Of a DNA stretch of 20,000 bases, positions 1-9,043 are shown piece by piece. Location: the IMG/VR virus record IMGVR_UViG_3300020727_000014, one strand, 5' to 3'. Numbering within the stretch: position 1 is the stretch's first letter; each line of letters begins with the position of its first letter. The position numbers and the translations under genes are program-made. Below the pieces are notes generated by a model that saw nothing but the letters and a program-made list of their open reading frames with translations, was not told the origin of the DNA and searched no databases. Source of the stretch: an uncultured virus (IMG/VR IMGVR_UViG_3300020727_000014) (Duplodnaviria; Heunggongvirae; Uroviricota; Caudoviricetes).

Positions 1-419
1 TCAGATATTGTTTCAAAATAAAATGACCAATATCCATATTGACTAAAATAACACCAACTCCAATCATTATCAGTTAATGATTCATACAACCCACCAAAAC
101 CAAAAGTTTCAATACAATACTTAATCATATCCTGTAGTGTTACATAAATTTCTTTGTTAAGTGGCTTCACTACACGAATAATTTCCCAACCGTTCATTAG
201 AAGATAATTTTGGGCTTGTTGTTTTCCGTATGAAGAAATTCCTTTTGAATAATTTTCCATATCTTTAGGTAAAGTGATTCCTATTACATCAGGCAAAGGA
301 ATAAATTCATCCCATCTTTTATCTTTAGGTAAGTTTTCAACCTCAGTATATTTTTTTGATGTTTCTTCTAATATGGGGAAAGTACATTCAAAATATTCAG
401 GTGGGTTTAATTTATTCAT
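1..419 (-). CDS. hypothetical protein, partial (runs off left edge)
   Basis: Manual translation from ATG at 417-419 (MNKLNPPEYFECTFPILEETSKKY...) is open to the window edge; start overlaps the upstream stop. Confidence 0.75.
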   Translation of the reverse strand, partial: MNKLNPPEYFECTFPILEETSKKYTEVENLPKDKRWDEFIPLPDVIGITLPKDMENYSKGISSYGKQQAQNYLLMNGWEIIRVVKPLNKEIYVTLQDMIKYCIETFGFGGLYESLTDNDWSWCYFSQYGYWSFYFETIS

Positions 420-640
420 TATAATTTGCCATAAAAGATTTCTCTAACCTCAAGGAATTTTTCTTTAAGGTCTTCTGGATTATGTTTCATATCAAATTCA
501 TCTAATTGTTGTAGAAGTATTATTGCTTCTGCAACTAATGCTTCAGATTTTAATGGAAGATCATCTTCGGTTGCAAGGAGAGATTTGAGTAATAGTTTTA
601 TCGATTTTCTAGCAACTAAATTTTGGTTGGGTTTATTCAC
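419..640 (-). CDS. hypothetical protein
   Basis: 73 aa ORF with overlapping start/stop junctions to neighbours. Confidence 0.7.
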   Translation of the reverse strand: MNKPNQNLVARKSIKLLLKSLLATEDDLPLKSEALVAEAIILLQQLDEFDMKHNPEDLKEKFLEVREIFYGKL

Positions 641-885
641 AACAATTTCTCTATTTCAACAATAGTACATTTTATATCTAAAAGTTTTCCTCTTAGATTA
701 TGCCTTTCTATGTACATTAAGTTTATAATATCATCGTATAAAACATTATTATGTTTAGAAAAATTCCATTCTGATCCATAAGCTTTCATTATAAAATGAC
801 GAGAATTATCAATTATTTGATCAAAGAATGCTATTTCATTTTCCAGTTCTTGTTTTTTTCGTAAAAATTTTTCTAATTTGCTCAT
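637..885 (-). CDS. hypothetical protein
   Basis: 82 aa ORF, 4-nt overlaps with neighbours. Confidence 0.7.
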   Translation of the reverse strand: MSKLEKFLRKKQELENEIAFFDQIIDNSRHFIMKAYGSEWNFSKHNNVLYDDIINLMYIERHNLRGKLLDIKCTIVEIEKLL

Positions 886-1235
886 CGCTTGAATGCCTCA
901 ATTTCTTCGTTAGTTAATGGTTCAAACTCGTTGATATTTAAAAATGCACCATAAGTAACACTAATATCTCCATCTTCTTTGTGTTTAATTAAAATTCCAT
1001 GTTCAGGTATATTGTCATACCATTGTTTTTTTATAACAGATTGAATTTTTTTATATATATCTCTATTTTGCAATCCAATATCTTCTAAAGTTCTACAACA
1101 TCTTTGTAGTAAATCATCACGAATTTCTATTTCAGATTTTTGTTGCTCAATCATTTTCCTCATAGTATCCAAATTCGATTTTAATGATTCTATCATAGTA
1201 TCTTTAGTTTTCCATTGTTCTTGGTCAGTAAACAT
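882..1235 (-). CDS. hypothetical protein, coiled-coil-like N-terminal half
   Basis: 117 aa ORF, tightly packed. Confidence 0.7.
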   Translation of the reverse strand: MFTDQEQWKTKDTMIESLKSNLDTMRKMIEQQKSEIEIRDDLLQRCCRTLEDIGLQNRDIYKKIQSVIKKQWYDNIPEHGILIKHKEDGDISVTYGAFLNINEFEPLTNEEIEAFKR

Positions 1236-1237
1236 AA

Positions 1238-1495
1238 TTAATCCAAATAAAAAGTTTCAATAAGAAATCCACCTTGATCATTCATCCAACCACCATTAGG
1301 TTCTAACTCTCTGATAGTATATGAGTCACCGACTAGAACTTCCATTCTGTAAATATCACTAGTATCACCACCTATTTCTACAATGATCGTACAACCATTT
1401 TTTAACACACCAGAATACCTAAATCGGTATTTGTAATAAGAGGAAAATGTTACTACTACATCACCATATTTTTCTATAAATTCATCGTATAACAT
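1238..1495 (-). CDS. hypothetical protein
   Basis: 85 aa ORF preceded by AGGA and by the promoter at 1522-1550. Confidence 0.75.
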   Translation of the reverse strand: MLYDEFIEKYGDVVVTFSSYYKYRFRYSGVLKNGCTIIVEIGGDTSDIYRMEVLVGDSYTIRELEPNGGWMNDQGGFLIETFYLD

Positions 1496-1546
1496 ATGTA
1501 TCCTATTAAATTGTATATTCTATTATAACTCGATGTATGAAATTAG

Positions 1547-2281
1547 TCAAGCAATAGGTTCAAAGTATGGAATAATTAAATCGCCATACCGTTTTAATTG
1601 TCCATTATCATAATATTCCGATTCGTATATTTCCCAACCTCCATCAGAATCATCAATTCTAATCAGATTGTTGTTCTGGTCATATTGATATTTTGACCAG
1701 TCCCCATCAGAATAATCAATTCTGGTTTGATTGCCATTTTGATCGTATTGTGTTGTTACCCAATATCCAGAAGAATAATCATATCTTATTTCATTATTAT
1801 TCTGATCATATTGATATTTTATCCAGTCTCCATTACAAGAATCAACTCTAATTCGATTGCCGTTTTCATCGTATTGATAAGTTTTCCAAAACCCAGTAGA
1901 TTTATCAACTCTAATTCGATTGCCGTTTTCATCGTATTGATAAGTTTTCCAAAACCCAGTAGATTTATCAACTCTAATCAGGTTATTATTCTGGTCATAT
2001 TGATATTTTATCCAGTCTCCATTACAAGAATCAACTCTAATTCGATTGCCGTTTTCATCGTATTGATAAGTTTCCCAAAACCCAGTAGATTTATCAACTC
2101 TAATCAGGTTATTATTGCTATCAAAGGTTCTATCTTTTAACCATTTTACAAAATTAATATAATCGCCTTGAACCTCCCCTAAACGATCCAAAGGAAATCC
2201 AAACAATTTATTTCTTTCACAGAAATCAATTCCCTCTTTACAAGCTTTTACTTTAAGTAACATCTCTCTATTCAATTTCAT
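1547..2281 (-). CDS. YD/RHS-like 21-aa repeat protein (8 repeats)
   Basis: Tandem units like YDQNNNLIRVDKSTGFWETYQ; N- and C-terminal caps shared with 2337-3323. Confidence 0.85.
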   Translation of the reverse strand: MKLNREMLLKVKACKEGIDFCERNKLFGFPLDRLGEVQGDYINFVKWLKDRTFDSNNNLIRVDKSTGFWETYQYDENGNRIRVDSCNGDWIKYQYDQNNNLIRVDKSTGFWKTYQYDENGNRIRVDKSTGFWKTYQYDENGNRIRVDSCNGDWIKYQYDQNNNEIRYDYSSGYWVTTQYDQNGNQTRIDYSDGDWSKYQYDQNNNLIRIDDSDGGWEIYESEYYDNGQLKRYGDLIIPYFEPIA

Positions 2282-2336
2282 AACATTATCTCATTTTAAA
2301 AAGTATATTCTATTATAACTCGATGTATGAAATTAG

Positions 2337-3323
2337 TCAAGCAATAGGTTCAAAGTATGGAATAATTAAATCATCATATCTTTTTAATTGTCCATTGTCA
2401 TAAAATTCCGATTCATGTGTTTCAGACTTTCCAAAAGAATTCTGATGTCCAATCAAGTTATTATTCTGATCGTATTGTCTTGTTTCCAAATACCCCGAAG
2501 AATGATCAACTCTAATCAAGTTATTGTTCTGATCGTATTGTGTTGTTACCCAATATCCAGAAGAAGTATCATCTCTAATCAAGTTATTATTCTGATCGTA
2601 TTCTTTTGTTTCCCAATATCCAGAAGAAGTATCAGTTCTGATGATATTATTGTTCTGATCATATTCTTTTGTTTCCCAATACCCCGAAGAATGATCAACT
2701 CTAATCAAGTTATTGTTCTGATCATATTCTTTTGTTTGCCAATAACCATTAGAGTCAGAATATTTAATCAGGTTATTGTTCTGGTCGTATTGTCTTATTT
2801 CCCAATACCCAGTAGATTTAACAATTCTTATCGCGTTATTGTTTTGGTCATATTCTTTTGTTTCCCAATACCCAGTAGATTTAACAATTCTTATCGCATT
2901 ATTGTTTTGGTCATATTCTTTTGTTTCCCAATAACCATTAGAGTCAGAATATTTAATCAGGTTATTATTCTGATCATATTCTTTTGTTTCCCAATAACCA
3001 TTAGAGTCAGAATATTTAATCAGGTTATTATTCTGATCATATTCTTTTGTTATCTTATACCCATAATAATTTTCAAACTTAATCAGGTTATTATTCTGAT
3101 CATATTCTTTTGTTTCCCAATATCCAGAAGAAGTATCAGTTCTGATGATATTATTGTTTTGATCAAAATTTTTACACTTTAACCATTTTACAAAATACTC
3201 ATAATCGCCTTGAACTTCATCTAAACGATCTAATGGAAATCCAAATAATTTATTCCGTTCACAGAAATCGATCCCCTCAGCACACGCATTAGCTCGTTCT
3301 AACATATCTTTATTTAATTTCAT
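2337..3323 (-). CDS. YD/RHS-like 21-aa repeat protein (12 repeats), paralog of 1547-2281
   Basis: Units like YDQNNNLIKYSDSNGYWETKE; 84 aa longer than the paralog, exactly 4 x 21. Confidence 0.85.
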   Translation of the reverse strand: MKLNKDMLERANACAEGIDFCERNKLFGFPLDRLDEVQGDYEYFVKWLKCKNFDQNNNIIRTDTSSGYWETKEYDQNNNLIKFENYYGYKITKEYDQNNNLIKYSDSNGYWETKEYDQNNNLIKYSDSNGYWETKEYDQNNNAIRIVKSTGYWETKEYDQNNNAIRIVKSTGYWEIRQYDQNNNLIKYSDSNGYWQTKEYDQNNNLIRVDHSSGYWETKEYDQNNNIIRTDTSSGYWETKEYDQNNNLIRDDTSSGYWVTTQYDQNNNLIRVDHSSGYLETRQYDQNNNLIGHQNSFGKSETHESEFYDNGQLKRYDDLIIPYFEPIA

Positions 3324-3485
3324 ATTATTTTCTCACTTGTATCTGCTTCAATTTTATCTAATCTGGTTTCCAGATATACAGAAAGAAATAAACTCTCTTC
3401 ACCATTAAACATTTCATATCCTAAAATTAAAAGTATAACTTATTATACTTTGTTGTATGCTATTAGTCAAGAACTTTAGGTGGTA

Positions 3486-3689
3486 TCATATTATAATCCA
3501 CCCATAACTATCCCAAGAGTCTTCGTCAGAATAACATTTAAGAATTTTTGAAAGTGCTATTTCTGGAGTATCCCCAGAACAACGCATATACCACATATTC
3601 TTTTCAGAATCTATAAATTCTATTTCTGCTCTCCAATCGCTATCACATTTTTCTGATAGTGTTATTTTATCTATTTTAGATGTAGCCAT
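3486..3689 (-). CDS. hypothetical protein
   Basis: Likely start MATSKID at 3689 after GAGGA; the ORF track extends it upstream. Confidence 0.65.
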   Translation of the reverse strand: MATSKIDKITLSEKCDSDWRAEIEFIDSEKNMWYMRCSGDTPEIALSKILKCYSDEDSWDSYGWIII

Positions 3690-3933
3690 AACAATCGTCC
3701 TCTTTATTTTCGTAATAAGAAAAAGATCCACATAAACATTCTGTTTCACAATAAGCATGGCAAATACAGGTTCTAGTCAATTCACCATTACTTAAATCTA
3801 ACCAATATCCAACCTTACCGAATCTTTCACTATCCAATACCAAAATTGGATATCTTGGGTCTTCATATGATAAGTCTGCTTCAACACCTAATTCTTTATT
3901 AAGAAGCATCTTAAACACCCTTTTCATATTCAT
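3676..3933 (-). CDS. hypothetical protein with C-terminal Cys cluster
   Basis: 85 aa ORF, CICHAYCETECLC. Confidence 0.65.
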   Translation of the reverse strand: MNMKRVFKMLLNKELGVEADLSYEDPRYPILVLDSERFGKVGYWLDLSNGELTRTCICHAYCETECLCGSFSYYENKEDDCYGYI

Positions 3934-4153
3934 GAAACCATTTTAAAAATTCTTTAGTACAAGATAAGCATATCCATACTAATCCGTTATGCTCAGAACC
4001 AGCACCATTACCCCACATATCTCTACCACCTGTATTGCCTCTATATGATATTTCAGTATATCCCCATTCTCGACCGCTAGTATCTCTAGTATCTTTTTCA
4101 GAACCGCATCTATCACAACAAACTTTTTCTACAGTAACTTTTGTTATGCCCAT
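3911..4153 (-). CDS. putative zinc-ribbon protein
   Basis: CDRC ... CLSC pair of CxxC motifs. Confidence 0.65.
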   Translation of the reverse strand: MGITKVTVEKVCCDRCGSEKDTRDTSGREWGYTEISYRGNTGGRDMWGNGAGSEHNGLVWICLSCTKEFLKWFHEYEKGV

Positions 4154-4399
4154 TTAAATGCCTCGTCTGCAATACCATTGGAAACAGTTACCCAGTTTTT
4201 ACGAAAAAACTCTCCAATTTGTTTAATTGTTATAGACCCATCATCATGTTCAACACATCGCTCATATCGTCCAGTTTCTTTGAATTTTCTGGTTTTCCAA
4301 TCATTTTGAACAATATCCTGTTCATCAATAACATATGATTTATAATATGTTAATAGAGCGTTCTTTTCTTCTTTTAATAATTCAATTATCTTTTAATTC

Positions 4400-4672
4400 C
4401 TATTCTATCCAAGTTCTATCTTTTAAGTTTTCAATTTTTGCTATTTCAAAATGATTTAAAATATCCGCCATTGCACTTTCCCTAGCTCTTTTATAATCAC
4501 CAAGACCACTATCACCTAGAGCAATTTTAGCACATTCTTTAACAATCTTTTCAACAAATATATCTAATTCTTTTTTTGTTAATGTCATATAAAGTGTTCC
4601 TGGAGCATCATATACCCATTCTATATGTCTTCCAAGGATATTTGAAAGTATTTCAGCAAATTTAATATTCAT
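4400..4672 (-). CDS. hypothetical phage protein
   Basis: 90 aa ORF; FVEKIVKECAKIA resembles a common small phage protein motif. Confidence 0.65.
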   Translation of the reverse strand: MNIKFAEILSNILGRHIEWVYDAPGTLYMTLTKKELDIFVEKIVKECAKIALGDSGLGDYKRARESAMADILNHFEIAKIENLKDRTWIE

Positions 4673-4761
4673 TCTACTATATCTCTTCGTTCATGATTAC
4701 TTCGTTCATCAGCCATAACTTGTGTAGATAAAAATAATGCTATAATTAATAATTTTTTCAT
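4669..4761 (-). CDS. small protein with signal-peptide-like N-terminus
   Basis: MKKLLIIALFLSTQVMA-DERSNH..., 30 aa, AGGA upstream, ATGA overlap with next gene. Confidence 0.45.
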   Translation of the reverse strand: MKKLLIIALFLSTQVMADERSNHERRDIVE

Positions 4762-4885
4762 GTAGTTTCCTAGGGGAGAGTTGTTTAATCTTTTCTAATA
4801 AAAGAAAAATGGATAAGGAATCGGACAATCTTACAAAAGATAAAATATATCAGGAGAATTTTTAATAAGAAGAACATAGACATTT

Positions 4886-5044
4886 TCATTTATGTTTAAT
4901 AGAAAGACAATCTATTTCATCATATAATTTATATCTTCCTGCATCAATCTTTTGTTCTAAGACTTTTTCACAGGAAGTTTTATCTTGGAAGTATTGAGTG
5001 GTAAGAGTACCGTCGAACATTAACGCTAATAATACAAAAGTCAT
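4886..5044 (-). CDS. small hypothetical protein (52 aa)
   Basis: ATG directly after promoter-GAGAGA cassette; MTFVLLALMFDGTLTTQYF... Confidence 0.65.
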   Translation of the reverse strand: MTFVLLALMFDGTLTTQYFQDKTSCEKVLEQKIDAGRYKLYDEIDCLSIKHK

Positions 5045-5086
5045 TTTTATCTCTCTTTAGTTTTAATATGACTTATTATAACTAAT

Positions 5087-5542
5087 CTAGCGAAAGATGT
5101 CAACCACTTCTTTTAATTCAGCATAAAATTCTTTATACCGTTCTTGACGATGTTTATCGATTTCGGTCACAGATACTAATCGACTCAAATCCATATTGTG
5201 ATGTAGATCAGCCATTTTAACAATTACTGCATCTTTGTTCGCTTTTACCTTATCTTTGTATTCCTCATAAGACTCACCATCAACTTTTGTTAATGCAACA
5301 ATACCTCGTATAACCCTCTCAGAAAAACCTAAAGAACGTAATTTCTTTTCTGTAACCATGGTATCTTCTATAAGATCGTGTCCCAGAGCGATGATTTTTA
5401 GATCGTCATCTTTCGTATCCAGAAGTTCCATAACTGCTAAGGGATGAAGATAATAAGGTTTTCCAGATTTATCGACTTGTCCGCGATGAGCTTCTACCAT
5501 CACCATAATCATTAATTCTTTGAAATCTACTTTCGCTTCCAT
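5087..5542 (-). CDS. HD-domain protein, small alarmone ((p)ppGpp) hydrolase / Mesh1-like
   Basis: AHRGQVDKSGKPYYLHP, GHDLIEDT, ALTK and VKMADLHHN match RelA/SpoT hydrolase-domain motifs. Confidence 0.85.
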   Translation of the reverse strand: MEAKVDFKELMIMVMVEAHRGQVDKSGKPYYLHPLAVMELLDTKDDDLKIIALGHDLIEDTMVTEKKLRSLGFSERVIRGIVALTKVDGESYEEYKDKVKANKDAVIVKMADLHHNMDLSRLVSVTEIDKHRQERYKEFYAELKEVVDIFR

Positions 5543-5736
5543 AATTCACCTATCCCATGTGCTTTTTCTATTTTTCTAGCATACTCTTTATAAGCAAATA
5601 CAGATGTTGTGTATGTGCAGTCATAAAGATCATCGGTTGCAAGTGTGCTTAGTTCTTCATCACTCAAAGGCTCTCGTTTTGGTGGTGATGTGCGTAAATC
5701 CTCATAATAAGAAGTTATATGATCTTGTTCAGTCAT
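5527..5736 (-). CDS. hypothetical phage protein
   Basis: REPLSDEE...YARKIEKAHGIG, a common small phage protein pattern. Confidence 0.65.
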   Translation of the reverse strand: MTEQDHITSYYEDLRTSPPKREPLSDEELSTLATDDLYDCTYTTSVFAYKEYARKIEKAHGIGELWKRK

Positions 5737-6063
5737 TTATTCTTCACCTCGCAATTCGCTATATTCTTTCTTAAAAATCCACTTAACTCTCGCTACTTCA
5801 TCGAAATATTGACTAGTTACCTCACTTTTAATCCACCCGACTTGCGTCCCAATAGATACACCAAAATGAATTGCCCGATCTTCTGTCGTAACAATATCAG
5901 GTGTAGCCCACGAATACAATTTTATAAAATTAGCTGGATCATTTACATAGATAGAACACGCAAGATCAATAACTCTATTTCTACGGTAAAATCTATTTTT
6001 CTCTAACATTAAAGGGGATAAAAAGTTTATTCTCTCCTTTGCTTCTTCAATATACTTTCTCAT
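5737..6063 (-). CDS. hypothetical protein
   Basis: 108 aa ORF, abutting neighbours. Confidence 0.7.
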   Translation of the reverse strand: MRKYIEEAKERINFLSPLMLEKNRFYRRNRVIDLACSIYVNDPANFIKLYSWATPDIVTTEDRAIHFGVSIGTQVGWIKSEVTSQYFDEVARVKWIFKKEYSELRGEE

Positions 6064-6257
6064 TATTGATCCTCAACCAATACAGCATACCCAACACGAT
6101 TTCCATAAAAATCTTGAATGACTTGTTTGGTATTGCCATGATACAAAAGTTCTTTGGAAACAGATTCTAATATCCTTGCTATTTCACAATGAAGATTGGT
6201 ATCACATCCTTGAAATACGTCATTTTCGCAAGTTATTTCTAATACAAATTTTTTCAT
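6063..6257 (-). CDS. hypothetical protein
   Basis: Likely start MKKFVLEI at 6257 (ATGA overlap with upstream gene). Confidence 0.7.
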   Translation of the reverse strand: MKKFVLEITCENDVFQGCDTNLHCEIARILESVSKELLYHGNTKQVIQDFYGNRVGYAVLVEDQ

Positions 6258-6442
6258 TCTACAATTTCCCATGGCTCAAAACCAGTATGAGAAGACTCAA
6301 GGATAAAGATTGGAACCCGCTGCCCATGATCGCCTATAATAACAACTAAATCCTCATTAATCACACTTACAACATCATAGACTTTACTGGGTGTTAAATA
6401 CGCTGGACATAATTCTTTTTTATCTGTACATTTGATTTTCAT
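6254..6442 (-). CDS. small beta-rich hypothetical protein
   Basis: MKIKC...LTPSKVYDV...IIGDHG; similar pattern to 16425-16595. Confidence 0.65.
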   Translation of the reverse strand: MKIKCTDKKELCPAYLTPSKVYDVVSVINEDLVVIIGDHGQRVPIFILESSHTGFEPWEIVE

Positions 6443-6640
6443 TTAACAACCAGTTATTTGGGTATAGCTTACTGCACTTTGCCATAAACACCAACAATCC
6501 ATTATATGAGATCCTGAATTTACGTTCATGTAATTATCTCCTGCATTAAAAAATTCTATTAAAGTTTCTTCGTCCACTAGAGAAATGCATTTACCATAAG
6601 ATTCAATAAACACTAATTGATTTTCAGATAAATTAATCAT
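6443..6640 (-). CDS. hypothetical protein
   Basis: Likely start MINLSENQ at 6640 overlapping the upstream stop. Confidence 0.6.
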   Translation of the reverse strand: MINLSENQLVFIESYGKCISLVDEETLIEFFNAGDNYMNVNSGSHIMDCWCLWQSAVSYTQITGC

Positions 6641-6927
6641 AATTGTACCCAACCAACAGAATCACATAAGAAATCTATACCATTAACTTCTACTACATCA
6701 CCAACGCTCACAGAACGATGAAGTCCATAACTAGCTTCTCTTTCCTCTTGTCTAGAAGGATTGTTGGTAAGGTCAAAAGCTTCCTCAGGATTACTTTTAT
6801 CAGATTCAAAAGAAGGAATAACCGAATACGTGTGAAGATAATCTTTAACTAATTTTACTCTATCTTCGGTTTGATAGATATCCATACGAATCCATGGAGG
6901 CGATAATTTCACAGTTAAATCAGTCAT
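6637..6927 (-). CDS. hypothetical protein, possibly YodL-like
   Basis: HRSVSVGDVV...CDSVGW resembles the YodL-like motif; first gene after a cassette repeat. Confidence 0.6.
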   Translation of the reverse strand: MTDLTVKLSPPWIRMDIYQTEDRVKLVKDYLHTYSVIPSFESDKSNPEEAFDLTNNPSRQEEREASYGLHRSVSVGDVVEVNGIDFLCDSVGWVQL

Positions 6928-7013
6928 TTTTAAATCTCTCTTAATTAATTAGTATGACTTATTATAACTAAATCAGAATAAAGAATCAAGCACTTGATCA
7001 CTTTTGATTTTCT

Positions 7014-7259
7014 TCAAACCTTGCAAGCTTCGTCATATTCGCGGCAACGGTCTTCAAAATCCTTTTCCCATGCTTCGAATTCTTTTTGACGCTGTTCTTG
7101 CATCGCAGGAGTTAATTCGTATGCGATCCAATCTAGGATCGATTCGCGGTCGTTTGACGCGATGTGGCGTGGACGGATTCCGTTTACATCCTTGTACCAG
7201 TCGCTGAAGACAGCGTGTAGGTCTTCTGTGTTCATTGCTTGATAAGTTTCTATTGACAT
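7014..7259 (-). CDS. conserved-looking phage hypothetical protein, GC-rich
   Basis: SDWYKDVNGIRPR motif; AGGAG RBS; own promoter at 7286-7314. Confidence 0.75.
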   Translation of the reverse strand: MSIETYQAMNTEDLHAVFSDWYKDVNGIRPRHIASNDRESILDWIAYELTPAMQEQRQKEFEAWEKDFEDRCREYDEACKV

Positions 7260-7297
7260 GTTCTGCTCCTAGTTAGTATGTGTATATTATAGAGTCT

Positions 7298-7456
7298 TTA
7301 TTTGCCTTTGTCAACCCCTAAATTCCTTTTTTTTAATTCTTCAAACTTTGCAATCGATTTCGCTGCACGGTTGTTTTCCCATATTCCTAATAAACAGAAA
7401 ACGATAGTAATTGCAGGACCGATAATAAGAACAAACAAGAAAAAATAAGTCATCAT
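7298..7456 (-). CDS. small membrane protein (52 aa)
   Basis: MMTYFFLFVLIIGPAITIVFCLLGIW...; AAGGAG RBS. Confidence 0.6.
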   Translation of the reverse strand: MMTYFFLFVLIIGPAITIVFCLLGIWENNRAAKSIAKFEELKKRNLGVDKGK

Positions 7457-7463
7457 TTACTCC

Positions 7464-7625
7464 TTAATAAGGTCCTTGTTTGCGAGTGATTGAAATAATG
7501 TAGCAGTTAAGATCATATACTTTTAATGCCTTTGCTTCTGCATCTGCGAAGTTCTCTGCTTCTAATATGAAAGTTATGTAATCTGGGTAATCATCACAAT
7601 CTAAAATTACAGTGTATTCATTCAT
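7464..7625 (-). CDS. small hypothetical protein (53 aa)
   Basis: MNEYTVILDCDDYPDY...; follows cassette repeat. Confidence 0.65.
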   Translation of the reverse strand: MNEYTVILDCDDYPDYITFILEAENFADAEAKALKVYDLNCYIISITRKQGPY

Positions 7626-7681
7626 CACATTTCTCTCTTTTCATTTAGTATGACTTATTATAATAAATCTAATGGAAAGTG

Positions 7682-7873
7682 TCAAGCACTTTTTAATTGT
7701 TCTAGTATCTCAGGAATTCTGTTAAGAGCATATTCTCGTTTGCTGATTATTGACTTTTGTTCTTGGTCTGAGCGTTTACCAGTTTGACTATAAAGCAAAT
7801 GACACACACTTAATTCAAAGTTAAGGGATCGTTTCAACTCTAACATCTCTTTATGCAATTCTCGTTTGTTCAT
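7682..7873 (-). CDS. hypothetical protein
   Basis: Likely start MNKRELHK; stop TGA lies inside the TTGACA of the next promoter. Confidence 0.6.
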   Translation of the reverse strand: MNKRELHKEMLELKRSLNFELSVCHLLYSQTGKRSDQEQKSIISKREYALNRIPEILEQLKSA

Positions 7874-7874
7874 T

Positions 7875-8063
7875 TTAAATATGATCCCATAATCTTGAAT
7901 ACTTTCGTTCATTAATAATTTCAAAATTTTTTAGATTTCCATCATTATCTAATAATACGTTAACTCCGTAATAAACCCTCATAAACTGTTCATAACTACC
8001 AACGTCATCAAGAAACTTTGATTACCATTCCTTCCAAGTATTAAATACAATTTGTTCGTTCAT
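7875..8063 (-). pseudogene. small gene interrupted by in-frame TAA
   Basis: GGAG RBS, MNEQIVFNTWKEW*SKFLDDVGSYEQF...LWDHI*; TAA at 8022-8024; fills the intergenic gap exactly. Confidence 0.5.
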
Positions 8064-8064
8064 G

Positions 8065-8262
8065 TTATTCTCCATCCTTATCAAAACATCTGCATTGAAA
8101 ATCAATATCACCGATAGGAGTTCCGTTGTCTTCATAAGATTCTGGCTTAGAATAAAATTCTATTACATTCACATCAAAATCAACTTGCTCAAGTGATATC
8201 TCAACATCATACTTGCCTAGTAATGCTTTTAATTCTTCTTGAAATTGGTCTTGTCTAGTCAT
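8065..8262 (-). CDS. hypothetical protein, paralog of 11043-11240
   Basis: MTRQDQFQEELKALLGKYDV vs MTRQEQFKEELKILLEKYDV. Confidence 0.8.
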   Translation of the reverse strand: MTRQDQFQEELKALLGKYDVEISLEQVDFDVNVIEFYSKPESYEDNGTPIGDIDFQCRCFDKDGE

Positions 8263-8331
8263 TTCAAATCTCTCTCTTTATTAATTAGTATGACTTATTA
8301 TAATAAATCTAACGAAAGATGTCAAGCACTT

Positions 8332-8505
8332 TTAATCTATTCCAAAAGCAATTTCAGCAAATTTGATATACTTATCTTGAATATCAGCAATACTTTGCCA
8401 TGCAGATTCACACCATTCAATATCCCAACCTTATTCGGTATGTTCATATTCAAACATTTTATAAGCGACTTCTCTTTTTTTGTGTTCATTAATATTTTTA
8501 GTCAT
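8332..8505 (-). pseudogene. paralog of 12406-12666 with in-frame TAA
   Basis: ...VAYKMFEYEHTE*GWDIEWCESAW...KYIKFAEIA; TAA at 8431-8433 where the paralog has TTA (Leu). Confidence 0.75.
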
Positions 8506-8517
8506 TTTCATCTCTCT

Positions 8518-8697
8518 TTACGCTGTTAAGACATCATACGGAACTGAAGATAAATCGACATTAACTTCGACAGCACCTTCGCCTTCAAGGAAAAGATACC
8601 ATCCTTCCGGATGAACTTCATCTTCACCAGCAAACATTATTCCACCAGTGTGGTAAGAAACTGAACAGCCTTTTAAATCTTCTAATTTTATCAACAT
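8518..8697 (-). CDS. small acidic hypothetical protein (59 aa)
   Basis: MLIKLEDLKGCSVSYHTGG...; GGAGAGA RBS. Confidence 0.65.
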   Translation of the reverse strand: MLIKLEDLKGCSVSYHTGGIMFAGEDEVHPEGWYLFLEGEGAVEVNVDLSSVPYDVLTA

Positions 8698-8722
8698 TTT
8701 ATTCTCTCCGGAATGGTATATT

Positions 8723-8974
8723 TTAATACAAAAAAACTTTATTTGAGATTAATTTATCTCGATACGATACAATAACATGTTCTTTTATGTTATCCGATTC
8801 GGGGACAACAAGATACTGCATTTTCTCTAATCCATATTCCCAGAAGACAGTATCGAGCAACATGTTCCAAGTTTTTTCTGAGATACCACCAAATTTGCTT
8901 TTTCGTAATTTTATTTCTTTGCCTGTCATCATCTTGTCTAAGATAACCTTTGCCGTTGAATATTTCATTTTCAT
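8723..8974 (-). CDS. hypothetical protein
   Basis: Follows cassette repeat; true start may be the second Met (8968). Confidence 0.7.
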   Translation of the reverse strand: MKMKYSTAKVILDKMMTGKEIKLRKSKFGGISEKTWNMLLDTVFWEYGLEKMQYLVVPESDNIKEHVIVSYRDKLISNKVFLY

Positions 8975-9043
8975 CTCTCTTTATTAATTAGTATGATTTA
9001 TTATATCTAATCTAATGGAAAGAATCAAGCACTTTGCTGTACT

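Noticed and set aside
1727..3182. Plus-strand hydrophobic repeat ORFs 1727-2140 and 2388-3182
   Set aside because: Antisense shadows of the 63-bp repeat genes; no RBS or promoter support
1547..3323. Diversity-generating retroelement target or Rhs toxin
   Set aside because: No reverse transcriptase or adenine-specific TR/VR pair; too short for Rhs and lacks the DPxG cleavage motif and toxin domain
4141..4395. Possible frameshifted minus-strand gene and a plus-strand 65-aa ORF
   Set aside because: Two partial minus-strand frames look plausible but have no clear start or homolog; not supportable
7875..8505. Stop-codon reassignment explaining the in-frame TAA codons
   Set aside because: TAA, TAG and TGA all terminate well-bounded genes elsewhere in the window, and no suppressor tRNA is seen
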